From the NCBI GenBank assembly GCA_963700285.1, contig CAVOXA010000005.1, positions 219,333 to 283,332 on the forward strand: a DNA stretch of 64,000 bases, read 5' to 3'. This DNA comes from an uncultured Chloroflexia bacterium. Its GTDB lineage: Bacteria > Chloroflexota > Anaerolineae > JAAYZQ01. Of this stretch, positions 46,328 to 55,683 are shown in pieces (the first letter of the stretch is position 1; each line of letters begins with the position of its first letter). The notes under the pieces were generated by a model. It did no database searches and had not been told where the DNA came from. It saw only the letters and a list, made by a program, of their open reading frames with translations. The translations under genes were made by a program, and so were the position numbers.

Positions 46328-46339
46328 GACGAGATCCGT

Positions 46340-46413
46340 GGTACGTGTTGCGTGGTACGCAGCACGTAATACGCAACACGCACCACGTAACACGTACCAC
46401 GCAACACGTACAA
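46340..46413. repeat. Short heptamer-type tandem repeats (ACGCAAC/ACGTAAC-like)
   Basis: cacgtaa-tacgcaa-cacgcac-cacgtaa-cacgtac-cacgcaa; a similar run at 57530-57596. Confidence 0.7.
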
Positions 46414-46414
46414 C

Positions 46415-49400
46415 ATGAGGGAGCCGGGCATGGAAAGCGCGACAGTTTGGGATGAGCTGGACGAGGCCGCCATGCAGCCTGACGAGGACCGCCCCGGCGT
46501 GTGGACCTGGCTCAAGGCCCAGCTAGACCTGACCCGGTACCGGCCCCAGGCGGCGGCCGGCGTGGTGTCCAGCAAACTGAAGGGGCGCGAGGGGACTTAC
46601 TATGTCCTCAAGAACCCGGAGACCAAGACCTATTTTCGCCTGGGCGAGCGGGACCATTTCCTCTGGCAGCGGATGGACGGGGAGCAGACGGTCAAGGCCC
46701 TCGTGGTGGCCTACTTTCACGAATACCACGCCTTCGCCTTTGGCCGGGCTACGGAGCTGGTAGCCGGGCTGAGGGCCAGCTCGATGCTCAGCCAGCGGCC
46801 TGTGGATGTCTATCAGCGGCTGCGCGCCCGGCTGGCGATGCGCCGCCCGGGCTATCGCTTCGGCTTGGTCTGGCAGGCCTTCCTGGAAAAGCAGTTCTCC
46901 ATCAGCGGGCTCGATGGCTTTGTGGGCGTCGTGCACCGTTGGGGCGGCAGGCTGGCCTGCACCTGGCCGGCTCAGATCCTCTTTCTGGCGGTTGTCCTGG
47001 CGGGGCTGTACGCCTTTGTCCAGGCCCTGGGAACCGGCGACTATGGCCTGGTGATGATCGGCGGCTCCCTCGTCCTGGGCGTCATCGGGCTGATCTTCGC
47101 CAACCTGGTTTCGGTCCTCGTCCACGAGATGGCCCACGCGCTGACGGTCAAGCACTATGGCCGCGAGGTACGGCGCGGCGGGTTTATGATCTACTTTGGC
47201 ATGCCCGCCTTTTTCGTGGATACCACCGACATCTGGCTGGAGGGCAAACGGGCGCGTCTGGCCGTCACCTGGGCAGGTCCCTATTCTAACCTGATCCTGG
47301 CCGGCCTGGCAAGCGTTGTCCTGGTTGTCCGGCCCGATTTCGCCCTCAACCCCCTGCTCTTCCAGTTCGCCATCCTTTCCTATTTCACTGTCTTTCTGAA
47401 CCTCAACCCCCTCCTGGAGCTGGATGGCTACTACCTGCTCATGGATGCACTCGAGATCCCCATGCTGCGGCGGAGGTCCCTGGCTTTTATCCGGGGCGGG
47501 TTGTGGGGGAAGATCAAGGCCATGCGCCCAGTTCAGACCTCGGAGGTTTCTGTGGGTACTGAGCAAGTGCGCGCGACGGGCAAGGTTGCGGTATCGGGCA
47601 CGGCGTCCCGGACGGCCAAAACCTCCGAGGCCCTGAGTGCCGTACGTGCCGGCCTGGCCTCGTTCTCCCGCGAGGAAAAGATCTTTACGGTCTATGGCGC
47701 TCTCACCGCGGTCTGGACGGCCTATGCCATCTATATGGGCGCCTACTTTTGGCAGGAGCGGCTGATGGGGGCGTTGCGCGACCTGTGGACGCAGGGCGGC
47801 GGATTGGGCAAGATGGTCATCGCTCTGGGCACCGCGCTACTGAGCCTGGCCTTTGTCCTGTCCATGGGACTTGCCTTTATCAGTATGGCCCGTGGCGCCC
47901 TGGCCTGGGCCGTGCGGCGGGGACTGCTGGCCAACACCTGGCTGGTGGCGGCCATCCTGCTGTTGCTTGCTGCAGTTCTGGTACTGACGCCCGGGATCTT
48001 GGGCCAGCCCATCCTGGCCCCGGCCATTGGCGCCGCGGCCCTGACCATGGCCGTCTACTTTGCCTGGAGAAATGGGTTGGACTATGGCGGCTCCCGCCTG
48101 GCAGCAACATATTGGCTGCTTGGAGCCTCGGCGCTGGCCCTGCTGGTACTCGAAATCGGTCTCTTGGGAACAGAATGGCTGGCGACCACCTTGCCGCTCG
48201 GGCCGGAGCTTGTCCGGCTGTCGCCCATCGTCCTGGGACAGGCGGCCTTCCTCGCGCTGCTCCTGGCCGGCTTGCTGCTCTTCTCTGATACCAACCTCAA
48301 AGACCTTCGCCCCGTGGAAAAGCTCCTGATGGTCCTGGGCATCCTGGCTTCCTACGGGCTGGTACTCTTGCTGTCCGTGTCGCGAGCAGGAGCAGGTATG
48401 CCTCCGGCGGATGCGATGCTGCCGCTCAGCAGTTCCCTGGTCCCCCTGCTGGTTCTCACCCTGCTACTGCCTACGCTTTTCTCCTTCTGGCGGACAAGCT
48501 TTGGGGCCGCCTGGGCACTGCTGGCCGCGGCCCTGGCCGGGCTGGGGGCGGCCAGCCTGTTCGGACTACCCCCTCTCCTGGCCTACCTGCTCTTGGCGGG
48601 CGGGCTGCTGCTCCAGCATCTGGCCTACCGCTACACCGCTTTGCTGCCCGAACGGCCGCAGGCAAGCCTGGATCTGAGCGACAGGCGCCGGCTGCGACGA
48701 TCCTTTGCCTGGATGACCTCCGCGATCCTGACCCAGCTCGGTCATCTTGCGGGAGATCGAGCCGGCCGGACCGTGTCAGAACGCTTCAACAACTATGCGC
48801 TGGTCGCTGGCTGGCGGGTGAGCCTGGTCAGGGGACGGGTAGAGGATGCTCTGCCGGAGGACTCCAGCCTCATGGAGGCCGGGCAGACCTATGCCGCGGC
48901 CCTCAATCTGCTGCTGGATCTGGTGGCCGGAGAGGTGGGTGAGAAGCTGACCAGGCGCATGTTGCAGCAGGCCTACGACGGCCTGCCCTGGGAAGAGCGC
49001 GAGATTGGGATCCAGTACCTGTTTCCGGACGTGGCCCGGGCCGGTGCCCTGGACCGGCAGTTTGAGGCTACCTCACGAGACTATCTGGCGCTGCTGCGGC
49101 GCATGCCGCTACTGGCCACCATGGACGAGGCGGAGCTGGACCTGGTCTGCTCGCGCCTTCAACCTGAACACCATGCAGCCGGCAAAATCATCATCCGCCA
49201 GGGGGAACCTGGCCAGCGCTTTTACATCGTCGAGCGGGGGCACGTGGAGGTGAGCGTGCGCGATGAAAGGGGTGTGACCGATGTGGTCGATCACCTGGAC
49301 CGGGGCGACTATTTCGGCGAACTGGCGCTGCTTCAGGACGCACCGCGCAACGCCACCTGCCGGGCTGCTGTGCCCACGGACCTGCTGTCCCTGAGCAGGG

Positions 49401-49906
49401 AGGACTTCTATGACCTGGTCAGGGATTGCTTTGACCTCCGCGAAAAGCTGGATCGTTCCATCACCCACGCGCAACTGCTGCGCCGGATGCCGCTCTTTTC
49501 CGAGTTGGACGCGCAGCAGATCCAGCGCATCGCCGCCCAGCTCCAGCAGGAGCGTTATGAACCGGGCGCGGCCATCATCCGCCAGGGGGAGATGGGGGAG
49601 ACCTTTTACGTCATCGAGTCGGGCCGGGTACAGGTGTCGGTGAGCCGGGCGGGAAATGGGGATGGGGAGCCGACGGGGCCTGAACGGGTCGTGAATGAGC
49701 GCGGGCCCGGCGAATACGTGGGCGAGATCGCCCTGCTGCTTAAGGTGCCGCGTACCGCCACGGTCAGGGCCTTGACCCCGGTGCAGGTCCTGGCGCTGCA
49801 CAAGGATGATTTTGACAAGTTAGTGGCCGACCACCTGTACACCAGCCGCGTGCTGGAACAGGATGCAAGCCGGCGCATGATGGGCCTGCAGCGCACGGCT
49901 CTGTAG
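46415..49906 (+). CDS. PqqD/RRE-like + M50 intramembrane metalloprotease + multi-TM region + two cNMP-binding domains
   Basis: YYVLKNP..YFRL..FLWQRMDG..TV; HEMAH and NLNPLLELDGY; GDYFGELALL..PRNAT and GEYVGEIALL..PRTAT. Confidence 0.88.
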   Translation: MREPGMESATVWDELDEAAMQPDEDRPGVWTWLKAQLDLTRYRPQAAAGVVSSKLKGREGTYYVLKNPETKTYFRLGERDHFLWQRMDGEQTVKALVVAYFHEYHAFAFGRATELVAGLRASSMLSQRPVDVYQRLRARLAMRRPGYRFGLVWQAFLEKQFSISGLDGFVGVVHRWGGRLACTWPAQILFLAVVLAGLYAFVQALGTGDYGLVMIGGSLVLGVIGLIFANLVSVLVHEMAHALTVKHYGREVRRGGFMIYFGMPAFFVDTTDIWLEGKRARLAVTWAGPYSNLILAGLASVVLVVRPDFALNPLLFQFAILSYFTVFLNLNPLLELDGYYLLMDALEIPMLRRRSLAFIRGGLWGKIKAMRPVQTSEVSVGTEQVRATGKVAVSGTASRTAKTSEALSAVRAGLASFSREEKIFTVYGALTAVWTAYAIYMGAYFWQERLMGALRDLWTQGGGLGKMVIALGTALLSLAFVLSMGLAFISMARGALAWAVRRGLLANTWLVAAILLLLAAVLVLTPGILGQPILAPAIGAAALTMAVYFAWRNGLDYGGSRLAATYWLLGASALALLVLEIGLLGTEWLATTLPLGPELVRLSPIVLGQAAFLALLLAGLLLFSDTNLKDLRPVEKLLMVLGILASYGLVLLLSVSRAGAGMPPADAMLPLSSSLVPLLVLTLLLPTLFSFWRTSFGAAWALLAAALAGLGAASLFGLPPLLAYLLLAGGLLLQHLAYRYTALLPERPQASLDLSDRRRLRRSFAWMTSAILTQLGHLAGDRAGRTVSERFNNYALVAGWRVSLVRGRVEDALPEDSSLMEAGQTYAAALNLLLDLVAGEVGEKLTRRMLQQAYDGLPWEEREIGIQYLFPDVARAGALDRQFEATSRDYLALLRRMPLLATMDEAELDLVCSRLQPEHHAAGKIIIRQGEPGQRFYIVERGHVEVSVRDERGVTDVVDHLDRGDYFGELALLQDAPRNATCRAAVPTDLLSLSREDFYDLVRDCFDLREKLDRSITHAQLLRRMPLFSELDAQQIQRIAAQLQQERYEPGAAIIRQGEMGETFYVIESGRVQVSVSRAGNGDGEPTGPERVVNERGPGEYVGEIALLLKVPRTATVRALTPVQVLALHKDDFDKLVADHLYTSRVLEQDASRRMMGLQRTAL

Positions 49907-49926
49907 GACAAGTTGGCAACTTGTCC
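49903..49926. repeat. GTAG-type REP palindrome overlapping the stop codon
   Basis: GTAG overlapping the palindrome GGACAAGTT-GGC-AACTTGTCC. Confidence 0.6.
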
Positions 49927-50026
49927 AACTGACCAGGCCGACGCGAACACCGGGCTCGTTTGTCGCCATTCGGATTCCGGTCTATAATAGCCCTGCACAT
50001 CAACGACGACTTGGGCAGGAGGCACC

Positions 50027-50239
50027 ATGAACTGTTGGCACTGCGATCGCCCGGCCCACGGCACCTGCCGGTTCTGTGGCCGTGGGGTATGCAAGGAGCA
50101 CGCGCAGGGCATGCCCCACATCGAAGCGCTGTACCACAACGATGAAGGGCAGTACAAGGCCTTGGTGGTGGCGGACGCCCTGTTCTGCGGTGTCTGCCAG
50201 CCCCGAGAGGATCCGGTGGAACTGCCCGAGCTGCCTTGA
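50027..50239 (+). CDS. Small Cys/His zinc-finger protein (DUF2180/B-box-like)
   Basis: AGGAGG RBS, TATAAT at 49983; CWHC..CRFC..CKEH..CGVC. Confidence 0.75.
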   Translation: MNCWHCDRPAHGTCRFCGRGVCKEHAQGMPHIEALYHNDEGQYKALVVADALFCGVCQPREDPVELPELP

Positions 50240-50444
50240 TGGGTGCGAGGCGGCGATGCTAACCTCCCGCAGGTTCACGTTGGATTGTGGCCTGTGGCAA
50301 ACTCGTTCAGCCGTGAGTGGGTACTCCGCTCGGAGACGGAAACCTGCGGGAGGTTCCCCGGCAGCGTATCTCGACGGGGTCGGACTGGACAAACCGTCCC
50401 ATCTGTGCTAGAATTTACCTACAACACAACCGCTAGTCGAACAC

Positions 50445-50545
50445 GGCTGTTCCTCCGACTCATCGCGCTCCCAGGGGGACGCATGAGCGATACGGTGAGG
50501 GGAGCAATCCCCTTGCCCGCCATTGTGCAAAGGAGGTTCGTCACG
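50445..50545 (+). ncRNA. Putative Moco/Wco (molybdenum/tungsten cofactor) riboswitch
   Basis: CCTCCGA...TACGGT...GGGGA-GCAA-TCCCC...GCAAAGGAGG with CCTCC/GGAGG closing helix, upstream of moaD-aor. Confidence 0.65.
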
Positions 50546-50619
50546 ATTGCGTGACGGCCTCTCTTTTTATTTAGCAGAGGAGGTGAAGCCCGGGAACGAG
50601 TCTGGCTTCGAACCAATAC

Positions 50620-51000
50620 ATGGATATGATTCAAGTTGAAGTCTGGTTGTATGGGCCGGTGGCCAAGTACGGTGGCGAACAGAACAAGGGCGCCTATGCC
50701 GATCTCCATCTGGAGTTCCCGGCTGGCAGCACTGTGCAGGATCTGCTGGATCGCCTGGAGTTGCCGGACGAGGAAAAGGGCATCACCTTTATCAATGGCA
50801 GCCTGGCCGCCCTGCCGGGCCTCGACTCGGACCGCGGCATCGTCCTTCAGGATGGAGACCGGGTGGGCATTTCGCACCGGCGGAGCATGTGGCCCTTCCA
50901 ATACCGTTTCGGCGCCAGCCAGACAGATGACCTGGCAGACGATTTTCGCCAGCGGGGCGACCGGGGCATCCACCACGCCTACACCAAGGTCGAGGAGTAG
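50620..51000 (+). CDS. MoaD/ThiS-like ubiquitin-fold protein without a terminal GG, with C-terminal extension
   Basis: VEVWLYG, GSTVQDLL, FING, LQDGDRVGI. Confidence 0.75.
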   Translation: MDMIQVEVWLYGPVAKYGGEQNKGAYADLHLEFPAGSTVQDLLDRLELPDEEKGITFINGSLAALPGLDSDRGIVLQDGDRVGISHRRSMWPFQYRFGASQTDDLADDFRQRGDRGIHHAYTKVEE

Positions 51001-51123
51001 CCGCGGCCGCGCTGCGGCGGTGCCGCAGCTGAGACACGCAATACGTATCGTGCAGCACGAATCAATCATCACCCAAGGGTTCAGTGTCTTATCAAACAGA
51101 TTTGAGCCGAAGGAGGTTTCAGA

Positions 51124-52881
51124 ATGGCAAAGATCATGCGTTTCAACATGGCGGACCGCTCCTGGGGTCTGGAGGAACTGCCGGCAGCGTACGCCGAGCT
51201 GGCCGGGCGAGGCCTGACGTCGACCATCGTCCACGACGAGGTGGATCCGACCTGCCACCCGCTGGGGCCCAAAAACAAGTTGGTCCTTTCGCCGGGCATC
51301 GTGACGGGTACCGCGGCGCCGACGAGCGCCCGCATCTCGGTGGGCTGCAAGTCGCCGCTCACCGGCGGCATCAAGGAGGCCAATGCCGGCACCAGTTTTG
51401 GCCAGGGTATGGCCAGGATGGGTCTGCGGGCTCTGGTCGTAGAGGGCAAGCCTGCGGAAGATGGCTGGTGGCTGGCCCACGTGACCTGGGATGAGCATGC
51501 GGACGCCCCCAACGTCGAGTTCATGCCCGCCGACGAGTACACGGGCAGGGACCTGTACGAGGTCTTTCCCGAACTCTTTGAACGATTCGGCAAAAAGATC
51601 GGCATCGCTGGGGTCGGCGTGTCGGGCGAGTTCCTGTACGGCAACTCGGGCGTCGTCTTTGAGGACCAGGAGGGCCGGCCGGCGCGTTATGCGGGTCGCG
51701 GCGGCGTGGGTGCCGTGATGGGCAGCAAGGGCCTAAAGTTCGTCGTCCTCGATCAAAAGGGCGCGCCCGGGGTCGAGTTGGCCGACAAGAAGCAGTTCAA
51801 CAAGGGCCGCAAGGCGCTGACCGATGCCCTGATGGAACACGACATCACCAAGCCCAAGGGCGGCCTGAACACCTATGGCACGGCGGTGCTCATCAACATC
51901 ATGAACGAGGCCGGCGGCCTGCCCACCAATAACTTCCGGGACGGACGCTTTGCCGGCGCGCCCAAGATCGCCGGCGAGGCCATCTTTGAGGGCAACAAGG
52001 AGCGCACCGGCAAGGAACTGTACAACCATGCCTGCAGCCCGGGCTGCGTCATCCAGTGCTCCAACACCTGGCACAACGCGGACGGCTCGGAGATGGTCTC
52101 CTGTCAGGAGTACGAGTCGATCTGGTCCCTGGGCGCCAACTGCGGCATCGACGACCTGGATGTGACCGGTGAGTTGATCAAGATGTGCAACGCCTACGGC
52201 CTGGATACCATCGAGGCCGGCTGTACCCTGGCCGTGGCCATGGAGGGTGGCCTGTGCGAGTTTGGTGATGGTGAGGGAGCCATCGCGCTGATGAAGGAGA
52301 TCGGCAAGGGCTCGCCGGTGGGCCGCATCCTGGGCGCGGGTACGGCCACGACGGCCAAGGTCCTGGGCGTCACCCGGGCGCCGGTGGTCAAGGGCCAGTC
52401 GATGCCGGCCTACGAGCCCCGCGCGGTGAAGGGCATCGGCATGGTCTATGCTACGGGCACCATGGGCGCAGACCATACCCAGGGCTACACCATCGCCCCC
52501 GAGATCCTGGGCGTGGCGGGCAAGGTGGACCAGTTTGACAAGGACAAGGCGGCGTTGGCCCGCGGCTTCCTGGACGCGACGGCCTTCATCGATAGCTGCG
52601 GTCACTGCCTGTTCATTGCCTTTGCCATTCTGGACATCGCCAGCGGCTTTGAGGGCGTGGTTGAGGAGTGCAACGGCGTCCTGGGCACCAACTGGACGAT
52701 GGACGACGTGGGCCGCTACGGCAAGGAAGTCCTGGCCAAGGAGCGGGCCTTTAACAAGGCGGCGGGCTTCTCAGCGGTCGACGACCGTATGCCCGAGTTC
52801 ATGCAGTTGGAGACGCTGCCGCCTCACAATGTCCACTGGGACGTGGCCGACGAGGCGTTGGACGCCGTTTGGGCCGACTAG
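51124..52881 (+). CDS. aor: Tungsten-type aldehyde:ferredoxin oxidoreductase
   Basis: KSPLTGGIKEANAG, GRGGVGAVMGSKGLK, CSPGCVIQC, EYES, GLDTIE, YEPR. Confidence 0.93.
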   Translation: MAKIMRFNMADRSWGLEELPAAYAELAGRGLTSTIVHDEVDPTCHPLGPKNKLVLSPGIVTGTAAPTSARISVGCKSPLTGGIKEANAGTSFGQGMARMGLRALVVEGKPAEDGWWLAHVTWDEHADAPNVEFMPADEYTGRDLYEVFPELFERFGKKIGIAGVGVSGEFLYGNSGVVFEDQEGRPARYAGRGGVGAVMGSKGLKFVVLDQKGAPGVELADKKQFNKGRKALTDALMEHDITKPKGGLNTYGTAVLINIMNEAGGLPTNNFRDGRFAGAPKIAGEAIFEGNKERTGKELYNHACSPGCVIQCSNTWHNADGSEMVSCQEYESIWSLGANCGIDDLDVTGELIKMCNAYGLDTIEAGCTLAVAMEGGLCEFGDGEGAIALMKEIGKGSPVGRILGAGTATTAKVLGVTRAPVVKGQSMPAYEPRAVKGIGMVYATGTMGADHTQGYTIAPEILGVAGKVDQFDKDKAALARGFLDATAFIDSCGHCLFIAFAILDIASGFEGVVEECNGVLGTNWTMDDVGRYGKEVLAKERAFNKAAGFSAVDDRMPEFMQLETLPPHNVHWDVADEALDAVWAD

Positions 52882-52937
52882 CCGGAACTTGCAGAGCCCT
52901 CCGGCAGGGGGCCGGATGAAGGCTGGCCGGAGGGTAT

Positions 52938-53060
52938 GGCTGCTGCAAAGTCGTCATCGCGAGCGCCAGCGCCTGTCCCGAGCCTGCCGAGGGAAAGCGA
53001 TCCCCACCTGTGCCCTGGGGATTGCCGCGGCACAAAAAGCGCGCCTCGCAATGACCGATC
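52938..53060. repeat. Interspersed REP/MITE-like element (copy 2)
   Basis: GTCATCGCGAG...CTCGCAATGAC; matches 18476-18620. Confidence 0.75.
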
Positions 53061-53117
53061 TGACCGGCAGTGCATGTCAAAGGACAATGCAACAGCTCTG
53101 CCGGATGGCCAATGTCT

Positions 53118-53360
53118 ATGATTACGGTACAGGTAAGGCTCTACGCCACGCTGCGCCGGCTGCGACCCGATCTCGGGTTGGGGGAGGCGCTGCCCGTGGA
53201 ACTGGAGGAAGGGGCCACGGTGGGCCGCCTATTCCAGGAGATGGCGCTGCCGGAGAATGAGGTCAAGATCGTGTTTGTCAACAACCTGGTCCGCGAGCGG
53301 GACCATGTCCTGGCCGACGGCGACGAGTTGGGTATCTTTCCCCCTGTGGGTGGCGGATAG
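53118..53360 (+). CDS. moaD: MoaD/ThiS sulfur carrier
   Basis: VRLYATL, VFVN, LADGDELGIFPPVGGG C-terminal GG. Confidence 0.9.
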   Translation: MITVQVRLYATLRRLRPDLGLGEALPVELEEGATVGRLFQEMALPENEVKIVFVNNLVRERDHVLADGDELGIFPPVGGG

Positions 53361-53373
53361 AGGGTAAAACTAG

Positions 53374-53413
53374 AGGCCCCCGGATCCAACCAGGATCTGG
53401 GGGCCTTTGTTTT
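53374..53413. terminator. Rho-independent terminator between convergent genes
   Basis: AGGCCCCCGGATCC / GGATCTGGGGGCCT stem followed by a T-rich tail. Confidence 0.8.
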
Positions 53414-53431
53414 GTGGGGCTGACCTGGCTC

Positions 53432-55331
53432 CTATTCTTCCAGCGTGGAGACGTCCCCTTCTGGCAAGCCCATGGCCCGGGCGCGAAGGAGCCGGCGCAT
53501 GATCTTGCCGCTGCGGGTCTTGGGCAGGCTGTCCATGAACTCGATACGGGATGGTTTGGCGATGGGGCCCATCTCGTGGCCGACATGCTCGCGCAGCGCG
53601 TCGCCCAGCAGATCAGAGGGCTCGTAGCCGCTGCGCAGGATGCAGTAGGCATAGATGATATTGCCCCGCAACTCGTCGGGAATGGCGATCACGGCCGCCT
53701 CGGCCACGGAGGGGTGGCTGACCAGGGCGCTCTCGACCTCGGCGGTGCCCAGCCGGTAGCCGCTGACCTTGATGACGTCGTCGATGCGGCCGATGACCCA
53801 GATGTAGCCGTCCTCGTCCTTTTTGGCTGAGTCACCGGTCAGGTACATATCGCCAAAGATGCTCCAGTACTGTTCCTTGTAACGGTCGGGATCCTGGTAG
53901 ACGGTGCGCAGCATCCCCGGCCAGGGTTTCTTGACGACCAGGTAGCCCTCTTCGCCTGCCGGCACCGGTTGTCCCTGCTCGTCTACGACGTCGACGTCGA
54001 TGCCGGGGAAGGGACGGGTGGCCGAGCCGGGCTTGAGCGGCAGGCTGGGCAAGGGCGTGATCATGAAAGTTGCCGGTTTCGGTCTGCCACCAGGTGTCCA
54101 TGATGGGGCAGCGTCCCGCCACCAATGACGTCGTGGTACCATTCCCAGGCGGCCGGGTTGATGGGCTCGCCCACGGTAGCCCAGCAGATCGAAGGCTGGA
54201 GAGGTTGTAGCGGTCCGGCCAGGCACGGCCAAAGCGCATCAGGCCGCGGATGGCGGTCGGCGCGGTGTAGAGGATCGAGACCCCCCATTTCTCGACGATC
54301 TCCCACCAGCGGCCGGGGTGGGGGTAGGTGGGCGCGCCCTCATAGATCACGCTCGTCGCGCCCAGGATCAGCGGAGCGTAGACGATGTAGCTGTGGCCCG
54401 TGATCCAGCCGGGGTCGGCCGCGCACCACCAGGTGTCCTCCTCCTTGATGTCGAATACCCACTTGAGGGTGGCGCTGATGCCCACCTGGTAGCCGCCGTG
54501 GGTGTGGACCACGCCCTTGGGTGTGCCGGTGGTGCCTGAGGTGTAGAGCAGAAAGAGCATGTCCTCGGCGTCCATGACCTCGGTCGGCGTGGTAGGCTCG
54601 GCAAAAGGCAGGCCCATCAGTTCGTGATACCAGAAAGTCCCGGCCGGCCATCATTTGCACATCGTGGCCCGTGCGGCGCACCGTGATGACGGTTGTCGTG
54701 CTGGGCGCCCGCTGCAGCGCCTCGTCGGCGATCTTTTTCAGCTCGACGATCTGGCCACGCAGGTAGGCTCCGTCACAGGTGATGAGGACCCGGCTCTGGG
54801 CATCTTCGATGCGGGCATGCAGCGCCTCGACGCTAAAGCCGCCATAGACGACGCTGTGGGGGGCGCCGATCTTGGCGCAGGCCAGCATGGCGATGACCAG
54901 TTCTGGGACGCGGCCCATATAGATGGTCACCCGGTCGCCCTTGACGACGCCCATGTTGCTGCAGGACGCTGGCAAAGCGGTTGACCTTGCGGAATAGCTG
55001 GCCGTAGCTATAGGTTCGCACCGAGCCATCCTCGCCCTCCCAGATGATGGCCAGTTTGTTGCGCCGCCAGGTCTAGGACGTGGCGGTCCAGGGCATTGTG
55101 GACGATGTTGGTCTTGGCTCCGACGAACCACTTGAAGAAGGGCGCCTGACTGTCGTCCAGGACCTGGTCCCATTTCTGGTACCAGTCCAGCTCCTCGGCC
55201 CGATCGGCCCAGAAGGCGGCGGGATCCGCCTCCGCCTGAGCATAGACGGCCTCATAGTCGGGGACGTAGGACAAAGCGGCGAGTTCCGATGGCGGATAGT
55301 AGACGTTGGCATCAGTACTTTCTGCGTTCAT
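53432..55331 (-). CDS. acs: Acetyl-CoA synthetase, frameshifted
   Basis: [47 protein letters not shown]. Confidence 0.92.
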
Positions 55332-55407
55332 GGTCTCCCCCTTTTTCTCTCGGTTAGTGGAACCGGCCCATTGTAGCACAAGTCTGGGAGCGGGTCAATC
55401 GCGCGCA

Positions 55408-55675
55408 GAATGCCACTACAACGAATTGGGAAAAAAACGAAAGGGGGGCTGGCGAACAGGGGGCCAACAGCCGGCCCAGAGGTGTCTTGCAACAACTGTG
55501 GAATGGCACTACAACGAATTGAGAAAAAAACGAAAGGGGAGCTGGAGCAAAGGGGACCTACTGCCGACGCAGAGGTGTCCTGCAACAACTGTGGAATGGC
55601 ACTACAACGAATTGAGAAAAAACGAAAGGGGGGCTGGCGAAAAGGGGGCCAACGGCTGGCCCAGAGGCGTCTGGG
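55408..55675. repeat. Three diverged 93-bp direct repeats
   Basis: GAATG[CG]CACTACAACGAATTG[GA]GAAAAAA..CGAAAGGGG at 55408, 55501, 55594. Confidence 0.9.
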
Positions 55676-55683
55676 ATCTCTGT

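Noticed and set aside
55408-55675. Mini-CRISPR
   Set aside because: Whole 93-bp units are homologous along their length, so this is a tandem repeat without unique spacers
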